Assembly (NCBI GenBank): GCA_963752795.1
Contig: CAVVZH010000010.1
Span: 6,851-70,850, forward strand
Reading direction: 5' to 3'
DNA from: an uncultured Alphaproteobacteria bacterium
GTDB lineage: Bacteria > Pseudomonadota > Alphaproteobacteria > Rhizobiales > Rhizobiaceae
DNA length: 64,000 nt
Shown here: piece by piece, positions 61,710 to 64,000 of the stretch
Layout of the letters: every line of letters starts with the position of its first letter
How positions within the stretch are numbered: position 1 is the stretch's first letter
The notes under the pieces: generated by a model
Seen by the model: the letters and a program-made list of their open reading frames with translations, nothing else
Database searches by the model: none
Told to the model about the DNA's origin: nothing
Translations under genes and position numbers: made by a program

Positions 61710-64000
61710 CAGACCCCGAACGGCGTCCAGATCGATTTGATCCGGGTCGCCTTGAACAGGAATTCCTCACCCTGCCCCTGCAGCGCGTCATGCCAGTCGC
61801 GCGCCTTGCCATTATTGACCCAGGTAAGCTTCAGGTTTCCGGCGGATTCGCGCTCGACCACGGCCGACCCCTCGGCCGACCCGAAATACCAATGGGCGGC
61901 GATGTCGTCATGTTTCGCCATGACAGAGGCCAACTGGTCGCGGTCACCGGTGACGATGTTGACCACGCCGGCGGGCACGTCGCTGGTGTCGAGCACCTGG
62001 TAGAGATCGCAGGCGGCGAGCGGCTGGTGCGGCGAAGGGGTGACGACGACGCGGTTGCCCATGGCGATCGACGGCAGGACCAGTGAGAGGAAGGAAAGCA
62101 GCGGCGCCTCGTCCGGGCAGGATATGCCGATCACCTCCCACGGTTCGGGCAAGGCAAGCGACAGCATGCGGGCCTGGGGAGCGCGCACGGCGCCATCATA
62201 TTTGTCGGCCCAGGCGGCATAATACATGATGCGCGCTACCGATGCGGAGACTTCCTTGCGGGCGTGGGCGATGGCAACGCCGCTTGCCTGACGGAGGCGT
62301 GCAGCAAATTCTTCCGCCCTGAGTTCAAGATTCTCGGCGAGGAAGTAGAGCACCTGCGCCCGGGCATGGCCGGTCATGCCGCTCCAGCCTTCCGCCTTGC
62401 GCGCCGCCTCGACGGCGTTGCGGATATCCTTGCGGTTGCCGAAGCCGGCCTCCGTGACGAAGCGCCCGGCATGGTCATGGACCGGATAGGAATAGCCCGA
62501 ATCCGGGCGCGCCTGCTTGCCGCCGATATAGAGCTTGACGGTACGGTCCAGTCCGCGCGCGGAGCCCGGCAATCCTTCGCTGGTCGGGAGCGGGGCTTCC
62601 AGCGCCTTGGCTGCGGCAATCGGCTTCGCCTTTTTTTGCCATACGGACACGAGATATTCATGCATGCCTTCGCGGCCACCCTCGCGGCCGAAGCCGCTTT
62701 CCTTGTAGCCGCCGAAGCCGACCGCGCCGTCGAAGAGATTGGTCGAGTTGATCCAGACCACGCCGGATTTCACGCGCCGCGCTGTATCGAAGGCCGTGTC
62801 CAGATTCTGCGACCAGATCGAGGCGGCGAGACCGTAGCGGCTGTTGTTGGCAAGCTGCACCGCCTCGCCCGGCGTGCGAAAACTCATGGCGGCAAGCACC
62901 GGCCCGAAAATCTCCTCCTGCGCCAGCGGCGACGCCGGCGAGACCCCGGTGAACAGGCTCGGCGGAAAGAAACATCCCTTGCGGCCCGCAACGTCCTTGG
63001 CCCAGCTCGGCTGCCAGAGCGAAGCGCCCTCCGCGATCCCGGCCTCTACCCTGGCCTTGATCGAGGCGATCTGCACCGGCGCGACGACGGCGCCGATATC
63101 GGTGGATTTGTCGAGCGGATCGCCAACGCGCAGCGTTTCCATGCGGGCGCGCAGTTTGCCGTAGAAGCGTTCGGCGATGCCTTCTTGCACGAGCGCCCTA
63201 GATCCGGCGCAGCAGACTTCGCCCTGGTTGAACCAGATGGCGTCGACCACGCCCTCGACCGCCGCATCGATGTCGGCATCGGCGAAGACGATGAAGGGCG
63301 ACTTGCCTCCAAGTTCGAGCGACAATTTCTTGCCGGTTCCGGCGGTCTGGCGGCGGATCAGGCGGCCGACCTCCGTCGAGCCGGTGAAGGCGATCTTGGC
63401 GAAGCCGGGATGGGCGACCATCGCCGCCCCGGTCTCGCCGCCGCCATTGACGATGTTGAACACGCCAGCCGGCAATCCGGCCTCGTTGCAGATTTCGGCG
63501 AAGGCGAGCGCGGTGAGCGGGGTATACTCGGCCGGCTTGAGCACCACCGTGCAGCCGGCGGCAAGAGCCGGCGCGACCTTCCAGGCCAGCATCAGAAGCG
63601 GAAAATTCCACGGGATGATCTGGCCGCAAACGCCGGCCGGCACATGCCCGGGAAACTGTTCGTCGCGCAGTTCCGCCCAGCCGGCGTGATGGTAGAAATG
63701 GCGGGCGACCAGCGGGATATCGAGATCGCGGGTCTCGCGGATCGGCTTGCCATTGTCGATGGTTTCGAGAACCGCGAGGAAACGTGCATGTTTCTGCACC
63801 GAGCGTGCAAGCGCGTAGAGATGGCGCGCGCGCTGGTTGCCCGACAAAGCCGACCATTTGACGAAAGCGGCGGTGGCGGCTTTCACCGCCTTGTCGACAT
63901 CATTTTCGCCGCCATCGGCGACCTCGGCGATTACCTCGCCTGTGGCAGGGTTTTCGACCTTGAAATTCTTGCCGGCCGGCTTGGTGAAGCGTCCGTCGAT
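61709..64000 (-). CDS. Two-domain aldehyde dehydrogenase (ALDH16-like); 5' end beyond the window
   Basis: PWNFP, FTGST, ELGGKS, GEVCCAG and EEIFGP, followed by a second degenerate ALDH domain. Frame stays open to 64000 (IDGRFTKP...NPATGE). Confidence 0.92.
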   Translation of the reverse strand: MDGRFTKPAGKNFKVENPATGEVIAEVADGGENDVDKAVKAATAAFVKWSALSGNQRARHLYALARSVQKHARFLAVLETIDNGKPIRETRDLDIPLVARHFYHHAGWAELRDEQFPGHVPAGVCGQIIPWNFPLLMLAWKVAPALAAGCTVVLKPAEYTPLTALAFAEICNEAGLPAGVFNIVNGGGETGAAMVAHPGFAKIAFTGSTEVGRLIRRQTAGTGKKLSLELGGKSPFIVFADADIDAAVEGVVDAIWFNQGEVCCAGSRALVQEGIAERFYGKLRARMETLRVGDPLDKSTDIGAVVAPVQIASIKARVEAGIAEGASLWQPSWAKDVAGRKGCFFPPSLFTGVSPASPLAQEEIFGPVLAAMSFRTPGEAVQLANNSRYGLAASIWSQNLDTAFDTARRVKSGVVWINSTNLFDGAVGFGGYKESGFGREGGREGMHEYLVSVWQKKAKPIAAAKALEAPLPTSEGLPGSARGLDRTVKLYIGGKQARPDSGYSYPVHDHAGRFVTEAGFGNRKDIRNAVEAARKAEGWSGMTGHARAQVLYFLAENLELRAEEFAARLRQASGVAIAHARKEVSASVARIMYYAAWADKYDGAVRAPQARMLSLALPEPWEVIGISCPDEAPLLSFLSLVLPSIAMGNRVVVTPSPHQPLAACDLYQVLDTSDVPAGVVNIVTGDRDQLASVMAKHDDIAAHWYFGSAEGSAVVERESAGNLKLTWVNNGKARDWHDALQGQGEEFLFKATRIKSIWTPFGV

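Overview
High-GC alphaproteobacterial chromosomal window; gene content and order suggest Hyphomicrobiales, probably Mesorhizobium/Phyllobacteriaceae-like (inference). It is mostly conserved housekeeping blocks (rbsK-ada-DUF2244/nth, grpE-hrcA/rph-rdgB-hemW, rnd-M20 peptidase/polA, ubiE-ubiB-coaBC, upp, deoA plus a two-domain ALDH) interleaved with accessory metabolic modules. These are: (i) a smoC/smoEFGK-smoS-mtlK-HAD-FGGY polyol operon carrying an extra SDR that closely resembles Gluconobacter NADPH-dependent L-sorbose reductase; (ii) a TetR-controlled three-subunit molybdo-flavoenzyme; (iii) a TPP-riboswitch thiMED-thiXY salvage operon with no ATPase gene; (iv) a class II aldolase-SDR fusion directly upstream of mtnK-mtnA, a candidate DHAP-shunt variant with a built-in dehydrogenase; (v) yeiH-LysR-MFS-cysK; (vi) a FitAB/VapBC toxin-antitoxin pair inside ubiB-coaBC. 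Non-coding elements include a TPP riboswitch, an alpha-r7-like sRNA upstream of polA, three palindromic REP/RIME-like repeats and several candidate operators and promoters. Four genes (TRIC/YadS, isochorismatase, M20 peptidase, polA) carry small indels that are most likely assembly errors. I saw no tRNA, rRNA, CRISPR array, transposase or prophage. All homology calls come from motif recognition by eye; no database searches were run.
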